The position numbers were made by a program, and so were the translations under genes. Below are positions 36,213-46,235 of a DNA stretch of 64,000 nucleotides, in pieces; the first letter of the stretch is position 1; each line of letters begins with the position of its first letter. The DNA is from Dehalococcoidia bacterium. Lineage in GTDB: Bacteria; Chloroflexota; Dehalococcoidia; Lucifugimonadales; UBA3495. The DNA is taken from positions 2,901,945 to 2,965,944 of the forward strand of contig OZ220464.1 in NCBI GenBank assembly GCA_965115825.1, given 5' to 3'. A model generated the notes under the pieces. That model saw only the letters and a program-made list of their open reading frames with translations. It was not told the DNA's origin and did not search any database.

Positions 36213-37751
36213 ATGGGAACCGGGCTGACTTCCAACCTGCACCTGCTGACGCCGGAGTTCGCGCTGACGGCGCTGGCGTTTCTGGTGTTCACTGTTGACC
36301 TGTTCCTGCCGGAACGGAGCAAGGAATGGCTGGCCGGCCTGGCCGCGGCGAGCCTGGTGGCCGTCATCGCCATCGCGCTGCTGATGCGGCCGGCCGCTGG
36401 CGCAAGCGTGGAGCTGTACGGCGGCCTGATGGTGGCCGACGGTTTTGGCCTCTTCTTCAAGGTCTTCTTCTGCGCTATCGGCCTGGGCATCATCGCGCTG
36501 TCCGTTGAGTACGGACGGGACCGTTTGCAGCATCGGGGAGAGTTCTACGGGCTGCTGCTGTTCTCCATCGTAGGGATGAACCTGTTGGCGATGTCGCGGG
36601 AGCTGCTGACGGCCTACATATCGCTGGAGCTGCTGTCATTCAGCCTGTACGTGATGGTGGCCTACGGGTTGCGCGAGGCGCGCTCCAACGAGGCTGGCAT
36701 CAAATACATTATCATCGGCGCGCTGTCGTCGGCCATCATGCTTTATGGGTTGAGCAACGTTTATGCAGCGCTGGGCACGACCTACTTCGCCGAAATCGCG
36801 GCTGACCTGTCTACGCCGGCGGGGAGCAGTCCGGTACTGTGGATGGGCGTCGCCTTGTTGGTGGTGGGCTTGGGATTCAAGCTTTCGGCAGCGCCTTTCC
36901 ATATGTGGGCGCCGGACGCCTACGAGGGCGCGCCCTTGCCGGTGACGGCGTATCTGGCGATAGGTTCCAAAGCGGCGGCCTTCGCGTTGACCCTGCGGTT
37001 GTTCGCCGAGGCGATAGTTCCCGCCGCCGTTCGCTGGGATGAGTGGCAGTTGGTTATCGCAGCGCTGGCGGTTTTGACTATGCTGGCCGGCAACCTGGTG
37101 GCCCTGGCCCAGCGGAACCTGAAACGTCTGATGGCTTACAGCAGCATCGGACACGTAGGTTATGCTCTGGCCGGCGTCGCTGTGATGGGCAGCGATTTCG
37201 CCCTGGCCGCCAAGGGCGTGATCTTCTATCTGGTAGTGTACGCCGTAACCAACCTGGTAGTGTTCGCCGGCATTGCCGCCTACTACAACAGGGAAGGGCG
37301 GGACGACATTGCGGACTTGGCGGGCCTGGCCGATCGGCAGCCTTTTGTGGCGGCGGCCATTGCCATTGGGCTGTTTTCGCTGGCGGGCCTGCCCATATTC
37401 GCCGGCTTCACCGCCAAGTTCTACCTGTTTGCGGCGGTTGCCGACGGCGGGATGCTGTGGCTGGCCGGCGTGGCCATCTTCACCAGCTTGATCTCACTGT
37501 ATTACTACCTGCAAGTGATGCGGCAGATGTACATTGAACGGCCGGCCCGCGCCGCTGGCAGCGGCGACTGCGACACCCAAGATTCTCACAACGAGCCGGA
37601 GCCTCCAGTACCGCCGCTGCAACGTCCGTCCATCCTGCTGACAGCGGCTATGGGCGTGGGTTTGGTGGCGGTGGTATGGCTGGGCATCTATCCGGCGCCG
37701 CTGCTGGGGCTGATTGAGGCGGCCAGCGCGGCGATTGTGCCGTTGGGCTAA
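36213..37751 (+). CDS. nuoN: NADH-quinone oxidoreductase subunit N
   Basis: Antiporter-like subunit (FKLSAAPFHMWAPDAYEGAP); last gene of the cluster. Confidence 0.9.
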   Translation: MGTGLTSNLHLLTPEFALTALAFLVFTVDLFLPERSKEWLAGLAAASLVAVIAIALLMRPAAGASVELYGGLMVADGFGLFFKVFFCAIGLGIIALSVEYGRDRLQHRGEFYGLLLFSIVGMNLLAMSRELLTAYISLELLSFSLYVMVAYGLREARSNEAGIKYIIIGALSSAIMLYGLSNVYAALGTTYFAEIAADLSTPAGSSPVLWMGVALLVVGLGFKLSAAPFHMWAPDAYEGAPLPVTAYLAIGSKAAAFALTLRLFAEAIVPAAVRWDEWQLVIAALAVLTMLAGNLVALAQRNLKRLMAYSSIGHVGYALAGVAVMGSDFALAAKGVIFYLVVYAVTNLVVFAGIAAYYNREGRDDIADLAGLADRQPFVAAAIAIGLFSLAGLPIFAGFTAKFYLFAAVADGGMLWLAGVAIFTSLISLYYYLQVMRQMYIERPARAAGSGDCDTQDSHNEPEPPVPPLQRPSILLTAAMGVGLVAVVWLGIYPAPLLGLIEAASAAIVPLG

Positions 37752-37831
37752 TCGTTTTGGCCGGCGGCAGCCACACCACTTGGCCAAAGCGCGACAGGAT
37801 ACCAAAGAGATAACCTGTTGGAGGGGCATTA

Positions 37832-38305
37832 ATGATCTGGTCATTAATTAGCATAATATCACTATTGGGATTGGTTTGGTCCATCCATTGGTCCGCTGGT
37901 ATGGTTGGACCGGCAGAGCGTTCATCACGGTGGCATCGTAATCGACGAGCGACCGTGTCGACCGGCTTGTTTGTGATCGCCGGCAGCGTTTTGATAATAG
38001 CGTTGGTGAACGGCTGCCGCTACCCCTGCCAGCAATGGCAATCTACCGGACTTGACGTCCTTGCGATGTTGGCTTCATTTCTAATGGGTACGATGCTGAC
38101 CCGCATACTCGATAGCGATACGAAGCCTTTCTATTACGTAGTACGAGTGGCAATATGGTTCGGCATCCTTTTACTAGTCACTACTGCTTTGATTTTCAGC
38201 CCCCTAAACGTATCTACCCCGCACAGCATCGCGCTTTTCATCTGGGCGTTGGCGCTGCCGGTATTGGGATGGTGTGGTAAGCAACTTTGGCCATGGCTGT
38301 TTTGA
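37832..38305 (+). CDS. Hypothetical integral membrane protein (4-5 TM), in a visibly AT-richer patch
   Basis: Hydrophobic helices throughout. Local composition differs from the flanks (e.g. atgatctggtcattaattagcataatatcactattggg). Confidence 0.5.
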   Translation: MIWSLISIISLLGLVWSIHWSAGMVGPAERSSRWHRNRRATVSTGLFVIAGSVLIIALVNGCRYPCQQWQSTGLDVLAMLASFLMGTMLTRILDSDTKPFYYVVRVAIWFGILLLVTTALIFSPLNVSTPHSIALFIWALALPVLGWCGKQLWPWLF

Positions 38306-38412
38306 GTGCGCGACTGCTTTGGCTCATGACAGGCCCTGGTACTCAGTCTGCTACTATAACTTCGGATTCATCTAATCAGAAACCAACCGAAGCGTGACGG
38401 AGTAATATCGCA

Positions 38413-38943
38413 ATGATCATCGCAGTTATCGGCAATTTTGACCCGCCGGCCCACGTGTACGCTCTGGCCGAAGCTGTTGGGAAGGAGCTGGCCCGGCGCG
38501 GCGTTACCCTGGTATGCGGAGGGCTTACCGGCGTGATGGAGGCAGTGTGCAAGGGGGCCAAGTCGGAGGGCGGAACGACCATCGGCATCCTGCCCAGCGG
38601 CTCGCCCCACACGGCCAATAAGTACGTGGACATCCCCGTGGCTACCAACATGGGCTACGCGCGGAACGTGGCGGTGGTTAGCACTGGCCGCGCGGCCATC
38701 GCCGTGGGCGGCGCATTCGGCACGCTGTCGGAAATCGCTTACGCGCTTAGTTACGGCATTCCGGTGGTTTCGCTGCACAGCTGGCCGCTCACCGTGCGCG
38801 GCGACGGGCAGCCTGTGGGCGACAACTACATCATTGCCGACGACCCGGTGGACGCGGTGAACAAGGCCATCGCCGCCGCGGAGGCTCGCACCGACGAAAC
38901 CCAAACCGTTCCGTTCTCGGAACCCATCAGCGGAGAAGCCTGA
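38413..38943 (+). CDS. TIGR00725/LOG-like (SLOG superfamily) Rossmann protein
   Basis: IAVIG......A...G..LA..G..LVCGGL.GVMEA...GA...GG.TIGILP....N.....I.T.M...RN........A..A.GG..GTLSEI pattern. Stop overlaps the eno start (TGATG). Confidence 0.7.
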   Translation: MIIAVIGNFDPPAHVYALAEAVGKELARRGVTLVCGGLTGVMEAVCKGAKSEGGTTIGILPSGSPHTANKYVDIPVATNMGYARNVAVVSTGRAAIAVGGAFGTLSEIAYALSYGIPVVSLHSWPLTVRGDGQPVGDNYIIADDPVDAVNKAIAAAEARTDETQTVPFSEPISGEA

Positions 38944-40250
38944 TGCCCGAAGTTACGATAGCGTCCATCACCGCCCGCGAAGCCTTGGACTCCCGCGGCA
39001 ACCCTACCGTTGAGGCCGAAGTGTCGCTTACTGACGGCAGCAGCGGCCTGGCCCTGGCGCCTTCCGGGGCCAGCACCGGCAGCTATGAAGCGTTGGAATT
39101 GCGCGACGGCGACATGACCCGGTTCGCCGGGGCGGGTACGCTTACCGCCGTCGCCAACGTGAACGACCGCATCGCGCCGGCCCTGGCTGGCGTACCGCCC
39201 TTTGACCAGGAGGATGTTGACCGCCGCCTTATCGAACTGGACGGCACGGACGACAAGAGCGGCCTGGGCGCCAACGCTATGCTGTCCGTATCTATGGCGA
39301 CGGCCAGGGCTGCGTCGGTCTCCGCCGGCGGCGGTTCGTTGTGGCGACACCTGTCGGATGGCGACGAGGTTTCGCTGCCCGTGCCGCTGCTCAACGTCCT
39401 CAACGGCGGACGGCACGCCTCCAACTCTGCCGATGTGCAGGAGTTCATGGTCGCCCCGGCCGGCTTTGACAGTTTTGCCGACGCCCTGCGCGCCGGAGTA
39501 GAGATTTACCAATCTCTCAAAGCTATCCTGCGCTCCGACGGGCATGGCCTCAACGTGGGCGACGAGGGCGGGTTCGCGCCGAGCCTGCCGTCTAACCGCG
39601 ACGCCATTGAGGTGGTGTTGCGCGCCATTGAGTCTGCCGGCTACCGCCCCGGGGAGCAGGCGCACATTGCCCTGGATGTGGCGGCGTCGGAGCTGTGGAA
39701 CGGCGATACGGGTCGCTACGACCTGGAGCGGGAGGGCGTGTCGCTGACGGCGTCGGAGCTGATTGACCTGTACGCCGGCTGGTGTCGGGAGTACCCTATT
39801 ATCAGCATAGAGGATGGCCTGGACGAAGACGATTGGGATGGCTGGGCGGCCCTGACCCAACGCCTGGGTAATGCCGTCCAGCTGGTGGGCGACGACCTGC
39901 TGGTGACCAACATCGGCCGTCTGCGACGGGGAATTACCGAATCCGCCGGCAACGCTATCCTGCTGAAGCCCAATCAGATAGGCACGTTGTCCGAAACCCG
40001 CGCCGCTCTGAATCTGGCTCGCAACGCCGGCTGGACGGCGGTAATGAGCCATCGCTCCGGCGAAACGGAGGACACGACCATAGCCGACCTGGCCGTAGCG
40101 TGGAACGTGGGTCAAATCAAGACCGGCGCCCCGGCCCGCTCGGAGCGAGTCGCCAAGTACAACCGCCTGCTGCGCATAGAGGGAGAGCTGGGCGCGGCGG
40201 CGCGCTATACGGGGCTGGGCGCGTACCGAAGATTGGCGACGGGTGAATAA
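38943..40250 (+). CDS. eno: Enolase
   Basis: [48 protein letters not shown] motifs. Confidence 0.95.
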   Translation: MPEVTIASITAREALDSRGNPTVEAEVSLTDGSSGLALAPSGASTGSYEALELRDGDMTRFAGAGTLTAVANVNDRIAPALAGVPPFDQEDVDRRLIELDGTDDKSGLGANAMLSVSMATARAASVSAGGGSLWRHLSDGDEVSLPVPLLNVLNGGRHASNSADVQEFMVAPAGFDSFADALRAGVEIYQSLKAILRSDGHGLNVGDEGGFAPSLPSNRDAIEVVLRAIESAGYRPGEQAHIALDVAASELWNGDTGRYDLEREGVSLTASELIDLYAGWCREYPIISIEDGLDEDDWDGWAALTQRLGNAVQLVGDDLLVTNIGRLRRGITESAGNAILLKPNQIGTLSETRAALNLARNAGWTAVMSHRSGETEDTTIADLAVAWNVGQIKTGAPARSERVAKYNRLLRIEGELGAAARYTGLGAYRRLATGE

Positions 40251-40341
40251 AAGCCCATCCAGTTGAAGTGGGGGGCTACCAGCGCAAGCTCAGGATAGCA
40301 GGGCTTTCAACTTGACAAACTGCCCAACCCCGCTTTTTCGG

Positions 40342-40350
40342 TGGTATAAT
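40342..40350 (+). promoter_or_regulatory. Extended -10 promoter element (TGgTATAAT) upstream of gap
   Basis: TGGTATAAT lies 60 nt before ATG 40410. A TTGACA at 40312-40317 is 27 nt upstream, so it is not a canonical -35. Confidence 0.35.
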
Positions 40351-40409
40351 CGCCAGCGGCAACCATGCTGACTGCTTGGCCACTATTGAAATGACGGAGG
40401 CGCTTTGAG

Positions 40410-41420
40410 ATGGCGACGCGCATCGGTATCAACGGCTTTGGCCGCATTGGGCGACTGGTGGCTCGCGCGGCCCTTTCACCAACCTATTACGACCGCCTGG
40501 ACCTGGTTGCCGTCAACGGGTTAAGCGAACCTGCTACCGCCGCCCATCTCTTCAAGTACGACAGCACCTATGGGCCTTACGCCGGCACAGTGGGAACCGA
40601 CAACGGCGACCTGGTTATCGACGGCAAGACCATCCGCATGTTTCAGGAACCTGAACCGGCCAACATCCCCTGGTCGGAGATGGGCGTGGATATTGTGGTG
40701 GAGTGCACCGGCCGCTTTACCGACGCCGCCAAAGCCGCCGCCCACATTGACAACGGAGGCGCCGGCAAGGTCATTATCTCAGCCCCGGCACGGGGCGCCG
40801 ACGCCACCATTGTCCTCGGCGTTAACGATGATGCGCTCCGGAATGACCGGCACCGCATCATCTCCAACGCTTCTTGCACTACCAACTGTTTTGCGCCCAT
40901 GGTAAAGGTGCTGCACGATGCCTTTGGCATCGAGCGCGGACTGATGTCAACCATCCATGCTTACACCAACGACCAGAGCATCCTTGACCGCAACCATCGC
41001 GACCTGCGCCGCGCCCGCGCTGCCGCGCAGAACATCATACCCACCAGCACCGGAGCGGCCCGTTCCGTGGGAGTGGTACTGCCTGAGCTGGAAGGCAAGC
41101 TCCACGGCATCGCTTATCGCATCCCTACCTCGGTAGGTTCCGTAACCGACTTCGTGGCGGACTTGAAGCAGAAGGTTACCAAGGACGACGTTAACGCGGC
41201 GTTCAAATCCGCTGCCGCCGGCGCGCTGAAAGGCATCCTGGAATACACCGAAGACCCCATCGTCAGCTCAGACATTCGCGGGAACACCCACAGCTGCATC
41301 CTGGACGGCCTCAGTACGATGGTGCTGGACGATAATATGGTGAAGGTCATGGGGTGGTACGATAACGAATGGGGTTACTCCTGCCGAACGGCCGACCTAT
41401 GCTGCATGGTGGGCGGATAG
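40410..41420 (+). CDS. gap: Type I glyceraldehyde-3-phosphate dehydrogenase
   Basis: INGFGRIGR, SNASCTTNC and WYDNEWGYS motifs. GGAGG SD 9 nt upstream. Confidence 0.95.
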   Translation: MATRIGINGFGRIGRLVARAALSPTYYDRLDLVAVNGLSEPATAAHLFKYDSTYGPYAGTVGTDNGDLVIDGKTIRMFQEPEPANIPWSEMGVDIVVECTGRFTDAAKAAAHIDNGGAGKVIISAPARGADATIVLGVNDDALRNDRHRIISNASCTTNCFAPMVKVLHDAFGIERGLMSTIHAYTNDQSILDRNHRDLRRARAAAQNIIPTSTGAARSVGVVLPELEGKLHGIAYRIPTSVGSVTDFVADLKQKVTKDDVNAAFKSAAAGALKGILEYTEDPIVSSDIRGNTHSCILDGLSTMVLDDNMVKVMGWYDNEWGYSCRTADLCCMVGG

Positions 41421-41438
41421 CCGTCTAATGCGTTCCTC

Positions 41439-44400
41439 GTGAACACGCCGCTGCTACGCATACCCATCCCCCTGCGCCGATTGTGGGGGGGTAATCCTTT
41501 ACTGCTGGCGCTGCTGTTGGCGGCGCTGGCTCTGCGACTTTACGGCATCAACTGGGACGACGGGCACGGCTTCCATCCCGATGAGCGGTCTTTCTATATG
41601 CGCGCTGGCGATATGCTGTGCGTGCTCACTGCGGGCCTCGAAAAAGATGGCCCCCATTGCTCGGCGGAGCACCTGCGCTCGCTGCTGGCCGGCGAGCACC
41701 TTCAGGGTATGGAGCCGGGCCTTCCCAACTTAGGCACAGCCTTTTCCGCCGAGCGCAGTCCGCTTAACCCCCGCTGGTTCCCATTGGGCAGCGCGCCCAT
41801 TTATGCGCTGGTATTGATGAGAACCCTATTGGAGCCGTTCGCAGATTGGGGGGTGATGGAACTGCGGTTCATTGGCCGCACTCTGACCGCCCTAGCTGAT
41901 GTCGCCTCCGTCTGGCTGCTGTACATTATCGGGCGGCGGATGTATGGGCGGTGGGCCGGCATTCTGGCCGCCGCATTCGCCGCATTCGCCGTAACGCATA
42001 TCCAGCATGCCCATTTTTATCGCCCGGAGCCGTTCACCGTGCTGGCGTCGCTGGCCTGCCTGTGGGCGATGCTGCGTTTTATGGAGGGAGGGCGCACCCG
42101 CGACGGCGTGCTGCTGGGCGCGTTGGTTGGGCTGGCCATGGCGCCAAAGGTGTCCGTTGCGCCCATACTGGCGCCGCTGGCGTTGACTTTCCTTTGGGTT
42201 GCCAAAGACAGAGCCGGTCGTACCTGGTCGGAATTGCGTCCCTGGGACATCGCGCGCATTGCGCCGGCGGCGATCCTGGCCGGCTTAGCGGCGCTGGCGA
42301 CTTTTTTCATCACCACGCCCTATGCGTTTCTGGACTTCGCCAACTTTATCTCTGATGTTCGTGAGCAGTTCGGCATGGCCCGGGAGGCCGGACGCTTCCC
42401 ATTCACCTGGCAGTACGCGAATACGCCGGCGTTCATTTACCAGATTCGGCAAACGGCGGTCTGGGGATTAGGTTTGCCCTTAGGCATCGTGGCGTGGCTG
42501 TCGGTTCCGGTTACGGCGTGGCTGGCGTGGCGCGGCGGAATCGCCCAGCGCAGAGACCTGCTGCTGTTGGCGTGGAGTGTTCCCGCCTTCGTGTTCCTGG
42601 AGCTTTTTGAGGTCAAGTTCCTGCGCTACGTGTTCCCTTTGCTGCCCTTCTATATGCTTATGGCGGCGCGGATGATGACGGCTCTGGTCGCTTGGGCCAA
42701 GTCGCAGCGCAAACCTGCTCAGGATGTAATAACGCGCCCTGGCGACGCTCCGTTTTCCGAAGAGTGGCACGCTACGCCGCCCGTGGTGGGCGACGACCTG
42801 ATATTTGACGAACCGCTCTTTGGCGATGATCCCTTTCCCGATACGTCGTTTTCCGAAGAGCGGCACAGCACGCCGCCGCTGGCCGGCGCGTCCGCGTCCG
42901 CAGCAGCCGCGCCGTTGTCGCCCGCGCCCGAATCCGTATCCGGCGGGTGGATGCCCCGGTGGCTTGCCGTCCGACGTCTGGTGAGCCGATTTGCTTACCC
43001 GACCGCCGTGGTTGCGCTGGCGATCATCCTCTCTGCCACCGCGCTCTACGCCATCATGTTCGTCGGCATATACAGCCGGCCGCACACTGCGGTCACTGCC
43101 TCGGAGTGGATTAACGCCAACGTGACGCCGGGGGCGTCCATCATCAATGCCGGCTCCTATTGGGATGAACGCATACCCGGTCTGCATAACTACGACGTCT
43201 GGACGTTCGCGGTCTATCATCCTGACCACGACGCCACGAAAATCCCGGAACTGGCGGAGCGTCTGGCCGATGCGGAGTATCTGATTTTCTACTCCAACCG
43301 CGCCTATGGTTCGGTGTCGCGGCTGCCGGAGCGATTTCCGCAGAGTTCGGCTTTCTTCCGTCTGCTCTTTGCCGGGGAACTGGGCTATCAGCCGGAGCGG
43401 AGCTTTACGTCATACCCTTCGCTGGCCGGGGTATCGCTGCGCGATGACCCTTACGGACGGGCCGGGTTGCCCGCGCCGGCGCTGGCTCCGGACGGCTACG
43501 ACGGGCAGCCATCCGGCGGCATCGTGGTCAATCTTGGTTACGCCGACGAGAATGTCATCGGCTATGATCACCCGCAGGTTCTGGTGTTTCGCAACGCGGA
43601 ACGGCTGCCGGGCGCGGAGATTGAGGAACGCATCGACGATGCTGTGCAGGCGTCTGACGCTGCCCCGCTGATGCTGTCCGAATCAGCCCGGGCTGCCCAG
43701 CAATCCGGGGGCGCTTGGCCGGAGTTGTTCAACCGGGACGGCTGGGCCAGCCGCGCGCCCTGGCTGGCGTGGCTGCTGGTAGTAGAGCTGATGTGTCTGG
43801 CCGCTTTTCCGCTCACGTGGTGGCTGCTGCGCCCTCTGCCGGACAGAGGCTTGCTGCTGGCGCGCGTAGCGGGTCTGCTGCTTACGGCTTGGGTTGCCTG
43901 GTGGCTGGTCAACGCCGGCATTATGCGTTACTCCGTGGAGACAATATGGCTGGCCATCCTGATAGTTGCCTTACCGTCCGCCGTGGTTCTGTGGCAGTGG
44001 TGGCGGGAGATGCTGGCCTGGCTGCGGGAAAAGTGGCGCTTGATAATTATCGCCGAAGCGTTGTTCCTGTTGGCCTACGCCGGGTTCCTGCTTATCCGGG
44101 CCGCGAATCCCGACCTGTGGCACTTCTGGCGCGGCGGCGAGAAGCCTATGGAGTTGGCGTACTTCACCGCGGTGGCGCGTTCCTCGGTAATGCCGCCCTA
44201 CGACCCGTGGTTCAGCGGCGGCTACCTGAATTACTACTACTGGGGCTACTTTATTCTGTCGGTTCCGCTGCGGCTGACCGGCATACCGCCGGCGACGGCG
44301 TTCAACCTGGCGATACCGCTGCTGTTCGCGCTGACGGCTACGGGAATAGGGTCGCTGGCGTACAACATGGCGGCGACGGCCTCTTCCGCCGCGTTACTCC

Positions 44401-46217
44401 CGCGGGGACGTGAAGCCGGGCGGCGCATCAATCTAAAGCGTTGGCTCCCCGGCGGGGCGGCGCTGGCCGGCCTGGGGGCGGCAGTGTTGGCGGTTGTTGC
44501 GGGGAACCTCGACGGCGTGGCGCAGCTTGTCGGTATCGCTCAGCAGAAGCTGCAAGGGATGGACGCGCCCCTGTCCGGCTTTGACTTCTGGAGGAGCAGC
44601 AGGGCTATTCCGGGGATCGACGAGTTCGAGCCGTCGCGGTTAACGCCCTGGCTTGACCCGCGCAATCACAGCGAAACGGCGTCTCATATCACCGAGTTTC
44701 CCTTCTTTACCTTCCTGTTCGGCGATTTGCATGCTCACATGATGACGATGCCCTTCGCTACGTTGTCGCTGGCCCTGGGTTTCGCACTGTTGGCAGGATT
44801 GGGGAATGCCAAGCTGCGCAGCCTTTGGCCCTGGGCCAGCGCCGGAGCGCTGGGCCTGGCGGTAGGCAGTCTGTGGGCCATCAACTCCTGGGAGTATCCG
44901 GCCTACGCGCTGCTGATGCTCGGCTGCATCGGCGGGGCGGTCTGGATGTCGGCCGGCGCGCTGAAAACCCGATTGGCGTTCGCAGGATGTCTCGGCCTGC
45001 TGGCGTTGGCGGTGAGCTATGCCGCTTTTCAGCCTTTCCATGCGGCTATGGAGACTTTCGGAACCGGCATTGAACCTACCCGCTGGCGCACTCCGCTGTC
45101 CAGCTATTTGCTCATCCACGCTTTGCCGCTGCTGGCATCCGTTGCGCTGCTGTATGGAGTGCTACCGCGCAGTTTTGCGCCGTTGCTGGCTTGGCTCAGA
45201 CATGACGCGCAGATGCCGGCAGTCCATCAGTGGCTGTTGCTGGCGGCGCCGTTCGGCGCGCTGCTGGCGGGGTACTGCTGGGCGGCGGGCTACGCAACGG
45301 CGGGGTTGCTTGCGGTCTTGCTCACGCTGACCGTCTGGGCGGCGGCGACAGCGGCGTTGGCATCCGACGATTATCCGCAGAGGCGCTCCGACTTGATGGC
45401 GTTGGCCATGCTGGCCCTGGCCCTGGCTATTGGCATTGGCGTGGACTTCGTGCGAGTTGAAGCCGATATTGGCCGGATGAACACGGTATTCAAGTACTAT
45501 CTGGTTGCGTGGCTGCTTTTCGCTGCGGCGGGCGCGTACGGGCTTTGGCGCGGTTGGACGGCGGCCAGCATCGTCGGAGGCAACGCTTTCGTGCGGCGCA
45601 ACCTCCGCTGGGGAGCCGCCGGGGTGATTGGGCTGGTGGCCGCCGGGACGCTGGTCTATCCGGCCCTGGCGACGCCGGTTCGCATTGCTGACCGTTTAAA
45701 TCCGGCGCCGTTGACGCTGGACGGGGAAACCTGGATGCCTCGCGCCGAGTATCATCCGCCGGACTGGTGCGCGGCCCATCCCAGCAATCTCACGAGTCCT
45801 TTTGCGCTGCGTTGGGATTACGACGCCATCCGCTGGCTGCGGGAGAACGCAGAAGGAAGCCCGGTTGTGCTGGAGGCACACGGCGCGGGGTACTGTTGGA
45901 ACAGCCGGATTTCCCAATACACCGGGCTGCCGACGCTGCTGGGCTATCCCTGGCATCAGCAGCAGCAGCGAGGGGACGGCGACATTGTGCGGAGTCGGGC
46001 GATGGACGTTGCGGACATCTACAACAGCCCCAGCCAGGAGAGAGCCGAAGATCTGTTGGAAAAATACGAGGTTGCCTACATCGTCGTCGGCGACTTGGAA
46101 CGGGCGTATTACGGGCAGACTGGCATCGCCAAGTTCGACGCTATGGCGGATGCCGGCGCGCTGACTCTGGCCTACGCCAATGAGGGCACGCGCATTTACC
46201 GGGTGGCCGGCCGCTGA
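41439..46217 (+). CDS. Giant polytopic membrane protein: GT39/GT83-like glycosyltransferase N-terminal region + DUF2298 ('chlor_Arch_YYY') domain
   Basis: 1592 aa. ArnT/PMT-like N-terminus (FHPDERSF...) and GGYLNYYYWGYF..P signature in the middle. GTG start. Confidence 0.7.
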   Translation: MNTPLLRIPIPLRRLWGGNPLLLALLLAALALRLYGINWDDGHGFHPDERSFYMRAGDMLCVLTAGLEKDGPHCSAEHLRSLLAGEHLQGMEPGLPNLGTAFSAERSPLNPRWFPLGSAPIYALVLMRTLLEPFADWGVMELRFIGRTLTALADVASVWLLYIIGRRMYGRWAGILAAAFAAFAVTHIQHAHFYRPEPFTVLASLACLWAMLRFMEGGRTRDGVLLGALVGLAMAPKVSVAPILAPLALTFLWVAKDRAGRTWSELRPWDIARIAPAAILAGLAALATFFITTPYAFLDFANFISDVREQFGMAREAGRFPFTWQYANTPAFIYQIRQTAVWGLGLPLGIVAWLSVPVTAWLAWRGGIAQRRDLLLLAWSVPAFVFLELFEVKFLRYVFPLLPFYMLMAARMMTALVAWAKSQRKPAQDVITRPGDAPFSEEWHATPPVVGDDLIFDEPLFGDDPFPDTSFSEERHSTPPLAGASASAAAAPLSPAPESVSGGWMPRWLAVRRLVSRFAYPTAVVALAIILSATALYAIMFVGIYSRPHTAVTASEWINANVTPGASIINAGSYWDERIPGLHNYDVWTFAVYHPDHDATKIPELAERLADAEYLIFYSNRAYGSVSRLPERFPQSSAFFRLLFAGELGYQPERSFTSYPSLAGVSLRDDPYGRAGLPAPALAPDGYDGQPSGGIVVNLGYADENVIGYDHPQVLVFRNAERLPGAEIEERIDDAVQASDAAPLMLSESARAAQQSGGAWPELFNRDGWASRAPWLAWLLVVELMCLAAFPLTWWLLRPLPDRGLLLARVAGLLLTAWVAWWLVNAGIMRYSVETIWLAILIVALPSAVVLWQWWREMLAWLREKWRLIIIAEALFLLAYAGFLLIRAANPDLWHFWRGGEKPMELAYFTAVARSSVMPPYDPWFSGGYLNYYYWGYFILSVPLRLTGIPPATAFNLAIPLLFALTATGIGSLAYNMAATASSAALLPRGREAGRRINLKRWLPGGAALAGLGAAVLAVVAGNLDGVAQLVGIAQQKLQGMDAPLSGFDFWRSSRAIPGIDEFEPSRLTPWLDPRNHSETASHITEFPFFTFLFGDLHAHMMTMPFATLSLALGFALLAGLGNAKLRSLWPWASAGALGLAVGSLWAINSWEYPAYALLMLGCIGGAVWMSAGALKTRLAFAGCLGLLALAVSYAAFQPFHAAMETFGTGIEPTRWRTPLSSYLLIHALPLLASVALLYGVLPRSFAPLLAWLRHDAQMPAVHQWLLLAAPFGALLAGYCWAAGYATAGLLAVLLTLTVWAAATAALASDDYPQRRSDLMALAMLALALAIGIGVDFVRVEADIGRMNTVFKYYLVAWLLFAAAGAYGLWRGWTAASIVGGNAFVRRNLRWGAAGVIGLVAAGTLVYPALATPVRIADRLNPAPLTLDGETWMPRAEYHPPDWCAAHPSNLTSPFALRWDYDAIRWLRENAEGSPVVLEAHGAGYCWNSRISQYTGLPTLLGYPWHQQQQRGDGDIVRSRAMDVADIYNSPSQERAEDLLEKYEVAYIVVGDLERAYYGQTGIAKFDAMADAGALTLAYANEGTRIYRVAGR

Positions 46218-46235
46218 TTTTACGGGGTCGTTTTT

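Noticed and set aside
38826-40115. 429-aa ORF antisense to enolase
   Set aside because: Antisense shadow ORF of a highly conserved gene in GC-rich DNA, with no recognisable domains.
40312-40317. TTGACA as the -35 box of the gap promoter
   Set aside because: It lies 27 nt upstream of the TATAAT, outside the 16-19 nt window. The extended -10 (TGnTATAAT) is the better-supported element.
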